64,000 bases of DNA. It comes from Lama guanicoe. Its lineage: Eukaryota. Each line of letters begins with the position of its first letter. Within the stretch, counting starts at the first letter, position 1. The notes below the pieces were generated by a model, which did no database searches, was not told the origin of the DNA, and saw only the letters and a program-made list of their open reading frames with translations. Location: assembly GCA_013239625.1 (NCBI GenBank), contig MU056000.1, forward strand, positions 9,308,232 to 9,372,231, written 5' to 3'. Positions 1 to 13,565 of the stretch are shown here, one piece after another. The translations under genes and the position numbers were made by a program.

Positions 1-1559
1 GAAGCACCTAAAAGAAGCCAGGGAAAATGATAATCTCAATTTTAAAAACAATACAGACTCAGACAGACTTAGATCCTTGCAGAGCAAAGCAAAGAAATTA
101 AGTTCCAGCTGTTCTTAAAAGCGCAGGCACTTTTCATGCTTATTTTAACTTGATGATTTTGTCCTGTGAGTAGAAGTTACATAATTTTTGTTGAACAATT
201 GAAACCACATATTTTTTGTCTGAAATGTAAATATTTCAAATCAGTATGATTTTAGCTTCTTATCACACCAAATACAAATATATATCACAATATTAACTCT
301 AGGGGTGTTAGGCAGTAAATCACTGTATCAGTCAGAAAAAAACAAAACACAGAGCCCACATTAGATATTCCAAGACTGAAATAGTTACAAAGCAGTTAAA
401 AAGCTGGAAGCCTAAAGACCAGATGGCGAGGCCAAAGCAGGAAGCTATTATCAGCTTTTGGGAGGAGGTGGAGTAAATCGAGTGTTGGATCCTGGGCTTC
501 TGGTGAGACTAAGAACCAAAGATGAGATCCAGCTACTTCTGGAAACTTCCCTGAAGCCGGAAAAGATAGTGGGTGATTCTCCTATCCCCTGATCCTACTT
601 TTTTTTTTTTCAGTGACTGTCATTGGTTAATTGGTAAAAAAATAATTGGTTAATAGAAAAGACGGGATCTGACAGCAGACAGGCAAAGACCAGCACAATG
701 AGAGTATAAGGAAATAAATTAAAATATAATAACAACTTCCTAAAGCTCTATTATGGGAGAGCTGGATGTGTGTGCTCAGATATGCCCAGAGGCATATTTT
801 TTGTAATATCCTCAAATTAATATCCCATAATTACCAGGCCCATGGTTTCTTCATTTTCTTTAGGTACTACTGCCATAAATAAATAACATAATTAACTTAG
901 AAGAACACTAGGTTACATTATTAAACATCAAGTCTGTATTTAACTTGAAGGCAAAATGAAATGTCATTCAAAATTCCAAATAAAGCTAAATATGAGGAAA
1001 AAAAAGAATAGAAACTCTATGTATTCATCCAGTAAGGATACGTCGATGCACTGAGGCTCTCCTATATTAGAATATCCTCGAGCCTTGTTGACAATTGTAT
1101 AGCCCCATGCCTTCTAATAAACGGAGACAACAACCATCGTTAAACATTTTCTCAATGTATTTTCCTTTCACCCTTGAATAGTCCAAGAAATGGGGGGAAA
1201 AAAAAAGATCTGAAAGTAACAACAAATGTTAATAGGGAAGAAAATCCATTGTAGCCAATTTTTTTCCAGATTGATCATTCTCCCAAAGCTGTGCTGGGTT
1301 TCGCTCATTCTGTTCTCACTCACGGAAAGTACGAACGTTGCTGCTGCACCTGGCAGCTGATGGGAACATCAAGTTGAATTTGAAGTGCTGGGTGAATTTA
1401 CCTCTTATCTGTTAGTGAGACAAAGCTTGGGAATGCATTAAATCTCTCTAAATAAAGCTTTGCCATTTAAATACGGGAAAGGAAGTAACCAGAATCATTT
1501 ACCCAGAACTGTTTAAGGAACATGTTTTAGGGTGTCACTAAGCTCTCACAATGCCACGT

Positions 1560-1880
1560 AAAGATATTTATCCCATTTCATAAGGAAAGAAGAAACCAAG
1601 GCCCAGAGAGGTCAGAGTGCCATTTGCCTAGAGGAACAGATGAGCACAACCACAATTTTGGCAACATCACTGCCCTACATCATAATAATAACTAACACAA
1701 TTAGAAAGTGTCACACACACTCCTAAGAACTCTCAGTAAATTAATTCAATGAGTACTCAGATTTTTTTTTTTAATATAGATGAAGCATAAGAAGCACAGA
1801 GAGGTTAAGTAATTTTTCCGAGGTCATTCAGTCATTAAGTGGCAGAAATTGGATGTAGTTTGGCCCGAGAGTCCCCACTG
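1560..1880 (-). mobile_element. Two MIR SINE fragments
   Basis: MIR core motifs such as cacagagaggttaagtaatttttccgaggtca...aagtggcag. Confidence 0.75.
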
Positions 1881-2174
1881 TCAAATAATGTTACGTATAT
1901 CACCTCTCAACATACTCTGAAGGGACATTATGGAGATCATACAAAGAATTATATTTGAAAATATCCATGAAATATAAATGCTATACATACATAAATCATC
2001 ACTGTAACTCTTAACAAAAGGAGGAAATATCAGAAAATAATACAGGTGATTCTAATAAGTACCTTTTGGAATATGATGATAAAAATCAAACTTGATGACT
2101 GTCTTTGAACAATAAAGTTACACGGTAGATGCAGTCCATCCATGCTGTACATCTGAATAAAGACATGCAGTAGC

Positions 2175-2657
2175 TTCCCACAGGGCTTAGAATCATTTCT
2201 AAGCATTTACTCTAACCTGCCAATCTCCACCTAAATTGGTCCCAAATACCTTGCCAATCTTACCCCTTAATATCCTCCCTTGGCCCAAAGTTTTAAAAGC
2301 ATAGAGTCTTTTGCTATTTTTTTCAAACTATAAGCCTAGTCCTGCTTTAACATTTCCTTCTGCTCACAAAGCAACCCCCCCTGATTCCCTCATGGGCTGG
2401 CATCTTCTTATATTTCAATCTCTTCCTCAAGGTGCTTACCTCAGTCTAAAGTAGCCACTCAGCCAAGTGCTAGTCTATTGGCTTGTTTTTATACTCTACA
2501 GAGTAATAATGTATATTCATGTTTTAAAAAATTTTGTTGATAGCTAAAAACTCTCACACACAATAAAAGCAGTGTACATTGAGTAGAAGCCTTGTCTCTC
2601 TTCATTGACTAGCATATAGTAGGTATTTAGCAAACATGAGTGAATAAATGAATGAAT
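2175..2657 (+). mobile_element. L2 LINE 3' end
   Basis: L2-like pyrimidine-rich 3' region ending gcatatagtaggtatttagc...tgaataaatgaatgaat. Confidence 0.65.
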
Positions 2658-5600
2658 TAATCATAATTAAATAACTAAATACATATAATTTTGAATATAG
2701 AAAGCATTATCATAACAAGACCAAGGTTATAAGTTAGACCTCTATGAACACCAAATAGCTTTAGCAGAATTTCACTCTGAAAACTAATTCATCAACATGA
2801 AAATTCATATTAGTAGTCAAAATGAAATCAAGTTTCAAGTACAAATAAGTAAACACATACCCTCATCACTTAATGGAAATATATCTCAAAATGGATGTTA
2901 TCTTTGCTATTATTTATAAGAGAGTATTAATGGCAAAAAGTGTACAATGTGATGTATAGCATTCTGTGAATGCAAAATAAATACAATTTACTTGCAACTA
3001 TAGAAAGTAACAAATATGGAATCCAATAATATTAATTTGATTTTGAATATCCACAAAGAAATCTCAGGAGTAATATAATATTTTGGAAAACAAAATAAAT
3101 TATTGTAAGTATATTTACCTCAGTTTCATTTGTTCTTTTTATATCTTCCCAAATTATGTTGGTTTTGATGCTCAGTACTTCAAGTCCATTTCACCTAGAA
3201 AAGTCAAACAGTTTGCTATGCTTTATACACTTCCATTTATATTCACATGAAACTCCTCTCTCTCAAGACTTATTTTCTGTTATTTGCCTTTGTCACTGTT
3301 GATGTTGAAATAAGCCATTTAACTGGAAAAAGTGTTTAAATTGAATAAGGATGACATTGACAATGAGGTGAATTTTACATGAATATGTTTCAAGTAAACT
3401 GACTTTTCCTGAGATTTACAATAAAACTTTTTACGTTAAGACAGCCGAGGTCAATACGCTTGAGATCAAAGCAGGATTTATGGTGAATTTTATACTCTAT
3501 ATTTTAGAAGTAAATTCAGACGCTGATGTATCATTTCTGCCTAGTATTTCAACCATGGCTGGCATGTGTATAATTTTAGCTTAAGTCATTATAATAAGAA
3601 ATGGTTTCTTCCAAATCAATGTTTACAACCTATCTTTTCTTTATATTCCTTTATTTTTCTTTTCAAGGGAAGTAGATAGAAAAGGGCTAAAATTTTTTTT
3701 AAAAAGCAGGCTACAATTCTTAATCTGAAGTTTTGCAATAAGGAAAGTTCCCATTTTAAGAAATGAAACTCAGCATTTATAATGACTGCCTGGACTTAAA
3801 CAGACATCTTTTAACACGAATTAATTGAATTAGAAATCCAAAACGTGTATTTTAAGGGACATAAATCCTATGGCATATTTTCCAAAGAATAGGATTCCAT
3901 GAGCAAATAAATTTCATAAATACAGTTTTGCACCTTATCTTAGATATTCAGTCACACTAACCAGCATACTAAAGGTTTTGAGTAATTCAGCTGTAATGGC
4001 ATCTGAATATTTAATGCATAATTTGTTTAATTTATTTGGGATGTCCTTCACGTGGCAGCCTAATAATTTCTGGAAAATATAGGTTGGCAAATAATCACTC
4101 TGATTTTTTCCCAACTTGCTTTATGTTTATTTATGTTAAAATGCTTTTGTGTTAAGTTTATTTTACTTCTATATTTTCTAGAATATATTCCTCCCTTGAT
4201 CATTCTAGATAAACCAATATAGGTGTGTATTCACTAAAATTATTGTGCCTCTCTTAGGTAAGATTTTTACTGACATCAACATGAGTACATGCACAGTGTG
4301 CACCCACACTATAAAAAGAAACAAAACCTGACTTCTGCAATGGCAGGTCATAATTAGCCTGTGTTTGCATGGTTCATCTTTGACTCATTTCCTTGACTTT
4401 TATTGACAACAGTGAGTTCACCACCCTGACTCTACTTTGGATAAGAATAGAAAAGAAAGTTGAGTTTCACAGAGAAAGGACAAGATGCTATCAATTACAA
4501 GGAAAAGGAGAGAGATTTAGATAACTTCGGAGCATGTACATGTGAGAAGGGTTGTTACTTGGGAGATTATATGGTAGCAGCATTAACAGAAAATTTACCA
4601 AAGCATAACTATGAATATTCTATATAGATATAGGAATGGGATGGGTGAGATAATGTTGAAAATAGATGTTTATGCCCAAACAAACTGATAGGTTTAAGTG
4701 GAGAGATGTGAGGGTTGGGATAAGAGGTGAAGGAAACACCTTAGAGGCAGGAGAGTGGGAGACAGCAGGAGTAATGAGCATTGCTCTTTGAGAAATGTGG
4801 ATGGACTCGGGAGAAAGGGCAAAATTCATTGTGATGAAGATACAATAAGGTGCTTAAAATGCTATCAAAATATCACCTCCACCCCACATACAATCCAAAG
4901 CAAACCTATACTCTAAAGTAGATGTTTATAATTGTCAAACAAATTACCATTATTTAAACATATGCCACTTGGTCAGGTTCAGAAAAGTACGAATGACCAA
5001 TGTAGACCGTAAACATGAAAATATACTTGTAAAAGATTGTTATCCTTATTGATTTTCTACTGATTATAGAATTTTCCTAAGTTATATGAATAATCAATTC
5101 TTCATTTGCTTTCTTAGGGCAAATACAAACCCGGAAAGCCAAAATTAATGTGATATATGTTTTATGTGATAACCCATATAGTTGTTTTTTAAATCAGAAG
5201 TGATGGAGGAAATATTCTTTGGTACGATAGTGTGCAAAACGAACAGAAGTATGAATCAACTGATTATGAAATAGACTTTTGCATAAAGCTAACAAAGCAC
5301 TGAGTCTATATAAAAAATAAAATGTTAATTCTACTGGTTGTAGGATTTTCCTTGAGCTATGTGAATCAGGATAAGTTTTCCATTTGTTTCACTTGATTAA
5401 ATACAAACTAAGTTACCCCAAACTCATGCTTCATAGGGTTTTATGAATTCCAAGGACAACCACTTCAAAGTTTTGTCAAAATAAAATAAAAAAATTTCAT
5501 GGTAGAGTGGTAGCACCTTATATGAAACAAAGGAACACCACCACAAGTGGCTGTGTCTCCTCCTAAACATAAAATCAGCTTTTATGGCATCACTTTCCTT

Positions 5601-6739
5601 TACTAAGCATCGCATTTGGACATACATTTATTTAATAAAAATTTATATTTGTGGGCTTCTCAAACTTCCCCTCTTAGTTACTGATAATATGGGATTCTTT
5701 TCTATTTGACTTAAATAGATTCAATGAATGCATCTAACTTTAGCTGCTAGTAATTCTTACTTGAATGAAATTCAATTAAATTTTCTGTCTTCTATGAAAA
5801 AGTTTACAATATTGAACAAACGTCTTTCCACAAATATATTATATGCTGCATTTTCTTTCATATAAAAACATAATGTGATCAATAAACTTAGAGAATCTGT
5901 CAAAGCAGATTGGACTAGATAAATACATTACAGTATTTCTCCATGGAGGAAAGGGACTCTTTGCCAACAATTACATATGAAAATATCTAAACATTATTAG
6001 CATGTCTTCCTTTTCAATATTGGGCAATAATTCATTCTTAACGTTCTTAATTTCCTATCAGAGGGCTAAGAGTTTAATGTCATGCCTGTGACTTACTAGC
6101 TTTTGTTTCCTTTATTCTTATGTGAACAAAATTATTAGTATAAGTTAATTTGCAACGTTAGGACATTGATGTTGAATAAAAGATTTCACATTGAAAAAGC
6201 TGATACCTCAATCTGAGTATTTAAATGACACACTTTAGAGAGTTACGGATTTCCTTACTTATACTCTTCACATGCTAAAGGATGGATGAAGAAAACCTTA
6301 GTTAATAATTAATAAAAGTAATATTCCCAATCACCATCCAACATCCTTTAACATTACTATATTGGGAAGGACCTCTGAAATAGGTAGTAGGTCTGTGTAG
6401 ATTTGGAAAAGACTTATTTGGAGAAAAAAGAATTTTCACAGAATTTAAAATGGAGAGGTGGAGGGGCAGAAACATAAGGAAGAGCAACACTATCTCGTAA
6501 TGTCTCTGTGATAAGGAAGCAGAAAAGTCCTAGGTATGACTTTGAATAATCATTCATATGTACTTATTTTAATAATTTATAAATCTCATTTTCCCTATTT
6601 GCTATTTTTGCTAAATTCAGTCACCCTAGGATAGGCGATGAAATAATAGATTTGGTAGAATATCTTCACTCCCTAGGCAATGTCGACACAAGGCCATCTT
6701 TGCCTCCTCAGTCACAAATGATGATTGCTTTTATTTCAG

Positions 6740-6810
6740 CTTTATTGTTGTTTGGTATTTTGCCAGATGTTTTCCTCAGTCTAGCTCACTCCACTTTGCT
6801 GTACGCGGAG
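6740..6810 (+). pseudogene. Candidate pseudo-exon, (A)LLLFGILPDVFLSLAHSTLLYAE, hydrophobic
   Basis: Acceptor ttgcttttatttcag| (alternative ttttgccag| at 6766), donor GAG|gtaagg, open frame ending in phase 0. Confidence 0.35.
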
Positions 6811-7466
6811 GTAAGGTATGCATCTCTGATAACGTTACAACAAGAGAGACCTTTATTTAGTTAGTTTATGAGATTTATAAAACAATAAACAAAACTAGAG
6901 TTCTAAATGTGACCTAGGATGTTTTGGTATTTTCTATTTGTTCAATAGCAGACCTTAAAATGATATTTTAAATAGAGTTTGTGTACAGACACATACACAG
7001 CTGTGGTACAAAAAAAAACCTGTAAGCAGTTTTGCAACAAAAGTGAAAACAAAGTTTTGGAGAATGTTGAGGAAAAGCCATTGATTTATTCTGATGGAAG
7101 ACAAGGGAAAATTCCACCAAAAAAGGGTAAAATTTAAGCTAGCTTTAGAAAGATTTAACGAGTAAGATTTTGACAGCTGAAAATGTGTGGAAAAGCCTAC
7201 CAGTTATTCTGATGTTTTAAAAAATTGACAGTGCAACATTTTTGGCAGCTTCTCTTTATTAATTTATTTTTTTCTCCCAAGCTCTAGGCAGACATTTAGC
7301 AATTAATCTTCTGGAGCTACAATGAAATAGGCAAGTGTGATTGGAATCATGAATAGCTCAGTGTGAGGATAAAAGATAAAAAAAGATGTAAGTGACAAGT
7401 TTAAGATCATAAAAGCAATCACTCATCAGAGGTTAGAATTCTTGAATTTTAGACTTCACTATGTAG

Positions 7467-7604
7467 CCTTCAGACCAGCACTAGCATCACTGGCGTTCTT
7501 CCATTTACTTGCCATGATGGTGTCTCAGGAAAAAAAGAGAACTACAGGAGTTGGGTCCTTTACCAACTATACTGAAATCTAAAAATAACTGTTTCTTCAG
7601 GGAG
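7467..7604 (+). pseudogene. Candidate pseudo-exon PSDQH*HHWRSSIYLP*WCLRKKRELQELGPLPTILKSKNNCFFRE
   Basis: cactatgtag| to GAG|gtaaaa, 138 nt, phase 0-0, two stops. Confidence 0.45.
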
Positions 7605-8118
7605 GTAAAATAATTACTTCAATGTTCAACTGAGAAAAAGATGGCTTCCAAAAATATACTTCAATATCCATTTGCTTTCTGAAGGATGAATTCATCTTGG
7701 CTCAAATTTACATCAACATTACTGTCATAATTTTATCATCATTGTCATCATCATTTTTATTTTACTCTCCGTATTGTGAATCTCATCTATTCACTTACTT
7801 TTATGACAATATTTCAGTGCTAATTTTGTCATATTTTTTGTTGATATCACTGTATATTGGGAACATACATATATTATTTAAATCTATTTTCAGCAAAAAT
7901 CTATGCCTTCCATTTTTAGCAGATTTTCTCCCTGACTCTAATATGTAGGAGATATGTAGGCTAATAATTAAGAAATTTCCAGGGAGCAAAATACATTCAT
8001 TACAAGAGTCAAAGTATCAGGTATTTGTTAAAGCCAGCACAATGTTCTCTAGAGTTAATTAAGTCATAAAATTATATATATATACAAAGTATGTACTTTT
8101 TATTCATCTTTACCAAAG

Positions 8119-8205
8119 ATCAAAATGCTATACAGATTTTTGAAATAAGAATTTGAAAGAAAGCTCCACTTTTTAAAACTGGAAGAAAATGTCGTGCTGT
8201 GGAGA
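8119..8205 (+). pseudogene. Candidate pseudo-exon IKMLYRFLK*EFERKLHFLKLEENVVLWR
   Basis: catctttaccaaag| to AGA|gtaagt, 87 nt, phase 0-0, one TAA. Confidence 0.5.
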
Positions 8206-8274
8206 GTAAGTAAAGATGGAGCCTCACATTTAGGCTATGTAGTCACTACGTATGTCTGCATATATTTGTAACAA

Positions 8275-8312
8275 ATTGGAATAAAGGACATTTGACTACT
8301 CTGTGAGTTACG
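8275..8312 (+). pseudogene. Candidate pseudo-exon IGIKDI*LLCEL(R)
   Basis: Consensus donor CG|gtaagt. The acceptor would be a mutated cag>caa. Phase 0-2. Confidence 0.3.
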
Positions 8313-8820
8313 GTAAGTAATCTTTTCATTATTTTCATCCCTAACAAAGTCTACTACAAGTCCAGGCCAAGAAGCTGAACTTCACTAAAGAAATAACACA
8401 AACTAGCTAATAAACATGATTTATAAATTTTAAACAGGAGCATAAAAATAGATGAGAGGAGAGTAGGAGTTTCAGAGTAACAGAAAACTGTTGTCAAGGA
8501 AACAAACATGATCACAAAGTTATGGTGGAAGGTCATGGACTAAATCTGGGAATCACTGATATAAAAACAAGCAAGTATTCTCATTGACCACTAGTCAAAA
8601 TGCACTGTCCTAGCCCAAGCATAGAAAACAGAGAGGAAATGTTAATTGGGCAGCACTGACTGTTAAGAGAGGAGGGTTAAAGGGTAGTAAACTAGTTGGT
8701 ATAAGTACAACATGCTAATTTAGTAAATTCAGAGAGAAGTGCATTATCAGAAGTACTTTGTAAACAACAAAAGAGACAGAGAAAATATTCAGAATAGTTT
8801 TCTACTTGCTAACACAACAG

Positions 8821-8916
8821 GGAAGTCAATTGGGATCACAGTTGAAGTTTCATTAGATGTAGTAAGAATCCACTTGACATTGGTGTGTGCACGGTTCATT
8901 CTGGCTGTCATAAATC
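8821..8916 (+). pseudogene. Candidate pseudo-exon EVNWDHS*SFIRCSKNPLDIG...
   Basis: ctaacacaacag| acceptor, phase-2 start matches the previous exon, donor ambiguous (exon end 8882 or 8916). Confidence 0.3.
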
Positions 8917-9658
8917 GTATTTTGATGATTTAAAAAATTTAAAAATCCACATTTAAAGACATTAAAGACTTCCATTTCGAGGCAGACCTGTAAAATATTA
9001 CAGGATGTATTTTTGCAATGGACAAAGAATCAGATCATTTGGGGGACAGGGAACAATGGGAAGGAAGAATCTGGATCTTTTATAAGCTGTGAATTTGATT
9101 TCTGCGCTCTGAGATTTTCCTGTGAACTATATAAATTTTAGGAATCTTTGACTATGTAGGTGGTTTACTAAATGATAAAGTAAGTATTTATTGTCCCACA
9201 TTATATCAATTGTCATACTTCATTGAAGAAAGTTTATAGGGAATAGAGTGACTGAGTTAAAAATAAGTATTATAATACATACAAGAAATAATACCAAATA
9301 AGATGTATTTTTGTTTAGGACAACACTTATCTTTATTTAGTCATTGATATTCAGTGGGAAATTGGGTGGAGAAGAGGCTATACATACAAAAAAAACAAAT
9401 AAGGTTTCTAGAATATAAATGTCTAATCTGTTCTTCCACATTAAAACAATTTGTCTTGAACAGTTGTCTGTTGTATTGGTGAACAAACACTATAAAATGC
9501 ATTGATTTAAATAATCCACTTACTTGCATGGTGCAAGTAGAAATTGTTATTATTAGACTCAGGGCTCAGTGATTGCACTAATTATAATTTAGAGTTCCAG
9601 AGAGGGAGTCACAGGAGGAAACAATGGAAAGAAGAAAGCCATATGGAAATGATTAGGG

Positions 9659-9689
<31 letters not shown>

Positions 9690-9696
9690 TGTATGT
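9659..9696. repeat. (GT)n microsatellite
   Basis: Direct observation. Confidence 0.95.
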
Positions 9697-10459
9697 ATAT
9701 ACACACTCACACACAAACTACCTGAAATCCTTAGCTGGTACTTAAACTCCAATTATCCAAAGAACTCACAGGAAGACTATAGCTATAAGGCTGAATGACA
9801 TGATAATATATTTCAGCAGCTGCTTAAGACTAAGAAGACAGATTTTGGAGTTTAATCCTGCTAAGTAAGAGGGAATTAATAAATATTTTGTGCTCTATAT
9901 TCAAATCTAAGAAGGGTTAGGGCTTAAGATTAAGCACTACATTCTAAAACCTAAGGTATTTGTCCAAGATATAAGATAAAAATGGAAGTAGATTCACTTT
10001 TTAAAAATCTAAAGATCAAAATGCCACAAACTCCACTTAATCACCAGCAGCTTAATTGCCTTCTAGGACAAAAATTTAAAACTCTTTAAAAAAAGATAAC
10101 AAATACCAGAGTCTAGAAATGTATCATCCATAATTTCCTACATACAGGCAAAAAGAATAAAGGATGTATTTATAAAACCCACAGGAAAACGTGACATGAA
10201 ACAGACTTAGAAAAATCAAGATTTTGGAATTATCAGATAAAGGATACAAACAAACTATGATTAACATGTTAATGAATTTTTCCGAAAACTATGGGATTAC
10301 CGGGTAAAGAGATTTGGACTATGAGAAGAGACATAGAAACTCTAAAAAATAGAAATGGAAAATATAAGAAAAAAATTAGACATCTCAAACAATGAATAAT
10401 ATGTCCACCAGTTTTATCTAAACTATCAAGGGAGAGAGTCTCCTAACAAGACTGACTTT

Positions 10460-10572
10460 ACAATATCATGTAGCATAGTCACCCTGCCCACACTCAAGGA
10501 GAGAAAAACACCCAGGGCTGTGAGTACTGGGAGGCAGAAATAATCAGACCCATCTTAGAATCTCCCCACCAC
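10460..10572 (-). mobile_element. MaLR LTR fragment (MLT1G/H-like)
   Basis: gcccacactcaagg...catcttagaatctccccacca terminal motif. Confidence 0.55.
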
Positions 10573-10579
10573 CCTTTCA

Positions 10580-11047
10580 TGGTCTCTCTAGATCCACTTG
10601 CCATTTTTCTTCACCTAACTAAATGCCTTGGGAGGCAAACTCTCGTGGCTTATGATTAGGTACGGCCATGGGAGGATAAAGGCAGGCAACTGGGAGACTG
10701 GAAAACACGGTATTGCAGGAGATGTTCTGCTGGCTCCCTCCTTCCCAGGGATGGTTGAGCAGGGGCTGCCTTTTGCTACTGAAACTTAGAGCTTAGGTTT
10801 TCTGGCTGTCACTTACAGCATCAGCGTTTCTCCAAATCCTGATAATTTTGTTGCCCTTTTCATTTGTCCTTTCACAGCTTGAAGCGGTAATGGATCTTAG
10901 CTGTTGTTAGTCCATAGTGATGCAGCATTTCTTGCTGGGCTCCCTAAACTGTGTCCACTCTATTGTAAATAATCCCTTCTTTAAACCCTTCTTAACTACC
11001 CAGGGTGAGCATGCCATTCGTTTTCTGAGAGTCTCTGACCAGTAAAA
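10580..11047 (+). mobile_element. ERV-L LTR (LTR33-like)
   Basis: 3' motif tgtaaataatcccttctttaaaccc...catgccattcgttttctg...ctctgaccagta. Confidence 0.5.
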
Positions 11048-11049
11048 CC

Positions 11050-11340
11050 ACATGGGCAGATAATGGAGAAAAATCTTATAGCCTCAGTGGATACAGAAAA
11101 GGCATTTAGTAATAGCCAACATGCAAAAATAATTAGCAGTTTAAAAAACAAATATTTTTTTAAAAAACTAGGAATATAAGGAAACTAATATAATCTGATA
11201 AAAGATATCCTTCAAAATACAGAGCAAACATCATGTCAAATTGTGAACCATTCAAATCTTTTTCTTAAAGATTGAGAACAACTCAAGGATGTTTCCTAGC
11301 CTGTTTTCAATATTGAATAAGGGACAAGTAAGGCAGGACA
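11050..11340 (+). mobile_element. Old L1 ORF2 (RT-region) fragment
   Basis: gatacagaaaaggcattt (DAEKAF-like), aaactaggaata, agagcaaacatcatg and caaggatg motifs. Confidence 0.7.
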
Positions 11341-11844
11341 TGTACACACACAAATAGATTGGCAAAAGTTTCTCATTAGAAACAGATATAAAAGATATCA
11401 TGATTCTGTATTTAACTAGTAGCACCAGAAGGATTCAATTATTACACTTCTGACCTTAAGTCTTGGACTTTCACAGTCTCTCGGCTTAAAATCTGAAGTC
11501 CTTCTACTGTAATGGCTCATTGGGACAAGACCTTAAACTTCTTAGGAATTCTTGTGTTTGGGTGTTCTGTTTTGTTTTGTTTTGTTTTACTTTAAAATAG
11601 GGTTATTCTACTAGATGACCACAGCATAAACTTTAGTTTTAAATTTCTACTTCTACACCAATGTATTCATATATTTAATTTTCTTTTTGAAATTAATGTG
11701 GCAAATTTCCCTGTGATAAGTCAGGTAAGATGAAATTTATACTTGTCAAAGAATGATAACTTGAGAAAAACAGTGATTTTATATTTTTGTTAAATACATT
11801 AATAAACTATGTTGATTTACCAGAAAACTTTTTTGTATTCTAAG

Positions 11845-11940
11845 GATTTTTAAGAGAAGCTAATGCTTGAAGATGATTTCTGAAATCTGAGAGACACCAG
11901 AAAAGAATGGAAATCAAATATATTGTGATTTTTAAAATCA
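11845..11940 (+). pseudogene. Candidate pseudo-exon DF*EKLMLEDDF*NLRDTRKEWKSNIL*FLKS
   Basis: ttttttgtattctaag| to TCA|gtgagg, 96 nt, phase 0-0, three stops. Confidence 0.33.
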
Positions 11941-13504
11941 GTGAGGAACTAGGACTCATATGCAGTGCCTGCAGTAAGACTGATTGGGGCCATTATTCTT
12001 CATCTAAAGGTCACTCTCAATCATATGCAGTTTAATGCAAATCTTTGCTTCACTCTTAGTTTTCTCTCTCCAGAAGCAAATGACTGCATCCCCTTCTTTG
12101 CTAATTAGACAGAGAGAGAGAGAGTTAACTCCTGCTTAATTTTTAGAATATGTCATTTTGTGCTGGTTGCTTCTTAAAATTTATACCACAAACATTTGAA
12201 ATTTAATTAGGACATTCATCCCTTAGATCACATCACTGTGATGTACCCCCTTGTTCATTTCACTTCACTGTGTATCTGACACATGAAAAGGGAAAAATTC
12301 ATTCTGATATTGCAAATACAATTTTGTTACCGTTATGAGCTATGGAGTAGGAGACACCAGGGGCATAATTGGCTGAACACATCCTTCGGTTTGGAGGGTA
12401 GAAGGTCAGCATGTAGGAAGTGAAGTGACACCTCAGCAGGTACTGAATTCTTACAGTTAGCTAGTGATCACAGCATACGCAGTCATGATTCATTACAGCA
12501 TGGCCATCTTAGGGAGATTTTCCTTCATGTTCATATTTGCCAGCGACTTGAATGTGATTGTTAGAGAAGAAAATAGCAACACAAAAGCAACTTTGAGTAA
12601 TTAACAGCGATCTTAATAATTCACATCACAGAAGCAGCCTGTTTATGCTGAGACTCCTTGATATCTGCTTAATAAATATTTCAAGTCTCTGTAGTCTTTG
12701 AAAGTGTGGTCACAATTGAAGCCGTAAAGCTGTGGAAAAAAAACTGTCATCATTAAACCCAACCCAGAGTAAATATTCATGTGATGTAATCTGTGCCCAG
12801 ATTACTTACCTGTCTTCCACAACCTCAGCAACCACCTACCTAGATAAAGGCTCCTACCGCCACAGCTGAATGGAAGATTTAGGAGGGCCAACTAGAAGAA
12901 AATGGGCTACTTATAGTCCCTTGGGTTAGAAGGAAGTCAGGCAAATTAAAGTGACTCCCAAGGTTATGGAGTCTGACTTTTACAAAGTAGCCATAGAAGC
13001 AAAACACTGAGATGATTTGTTATCAGGACCAGAAACTATTGAAAATGTTTAGAAGGCTTCTACTTCTGAAATGACAACGAGAAACCTTGTTCTAAGTAGG
13101 TACACAAAAGCTCCTCCATCTCATTGTCTCGGGGGGATTATGTGTCACATTAAATAGAATATCTTGGCCTACTCGGGGTATTTGATTTATGAGACTACTG
13201 TGTGCCGGAATAATTGGGAGAATTTCAAAGAATATATGGAGGCTTCGGGTAAAACAAATAAAGGAATTCTCCTCTCCTAAGTTATGAACATTAGAGCGAA
13301 CATTCATCACTGTGGGCAGCTGCAGATGAATTTCTGAATCACAGATCTGCTGCTGTCTTAGTGGGCCTGCTGCCAGGTGGAATTGGGAATTTTGTTTCCA
13401 TTAGAGTGAAACTCTAATAATCCCAGGGATTTTTGGTATTAACAGGTTTGATAAATAAGAATATATGAAGACATACCTGTTAACTCCATTTCTTCCATTT
13501 AAAG

Positions 13505-13565
13505 AAAACTGTATTAGTGCTAAAAGCAAAGAAGGCACCAAATGAGGGTCAGCACAATTTTCTAG
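13505..13565 (+). pseudogene. Candidate pseudo-exon KTVLVLKAKKAPNEGQHNFL
   Basis: tttcttccatttaaag| to TAG|gtacaa, 61 nt, phase 0-1, no stop. Confidence 0.33.
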
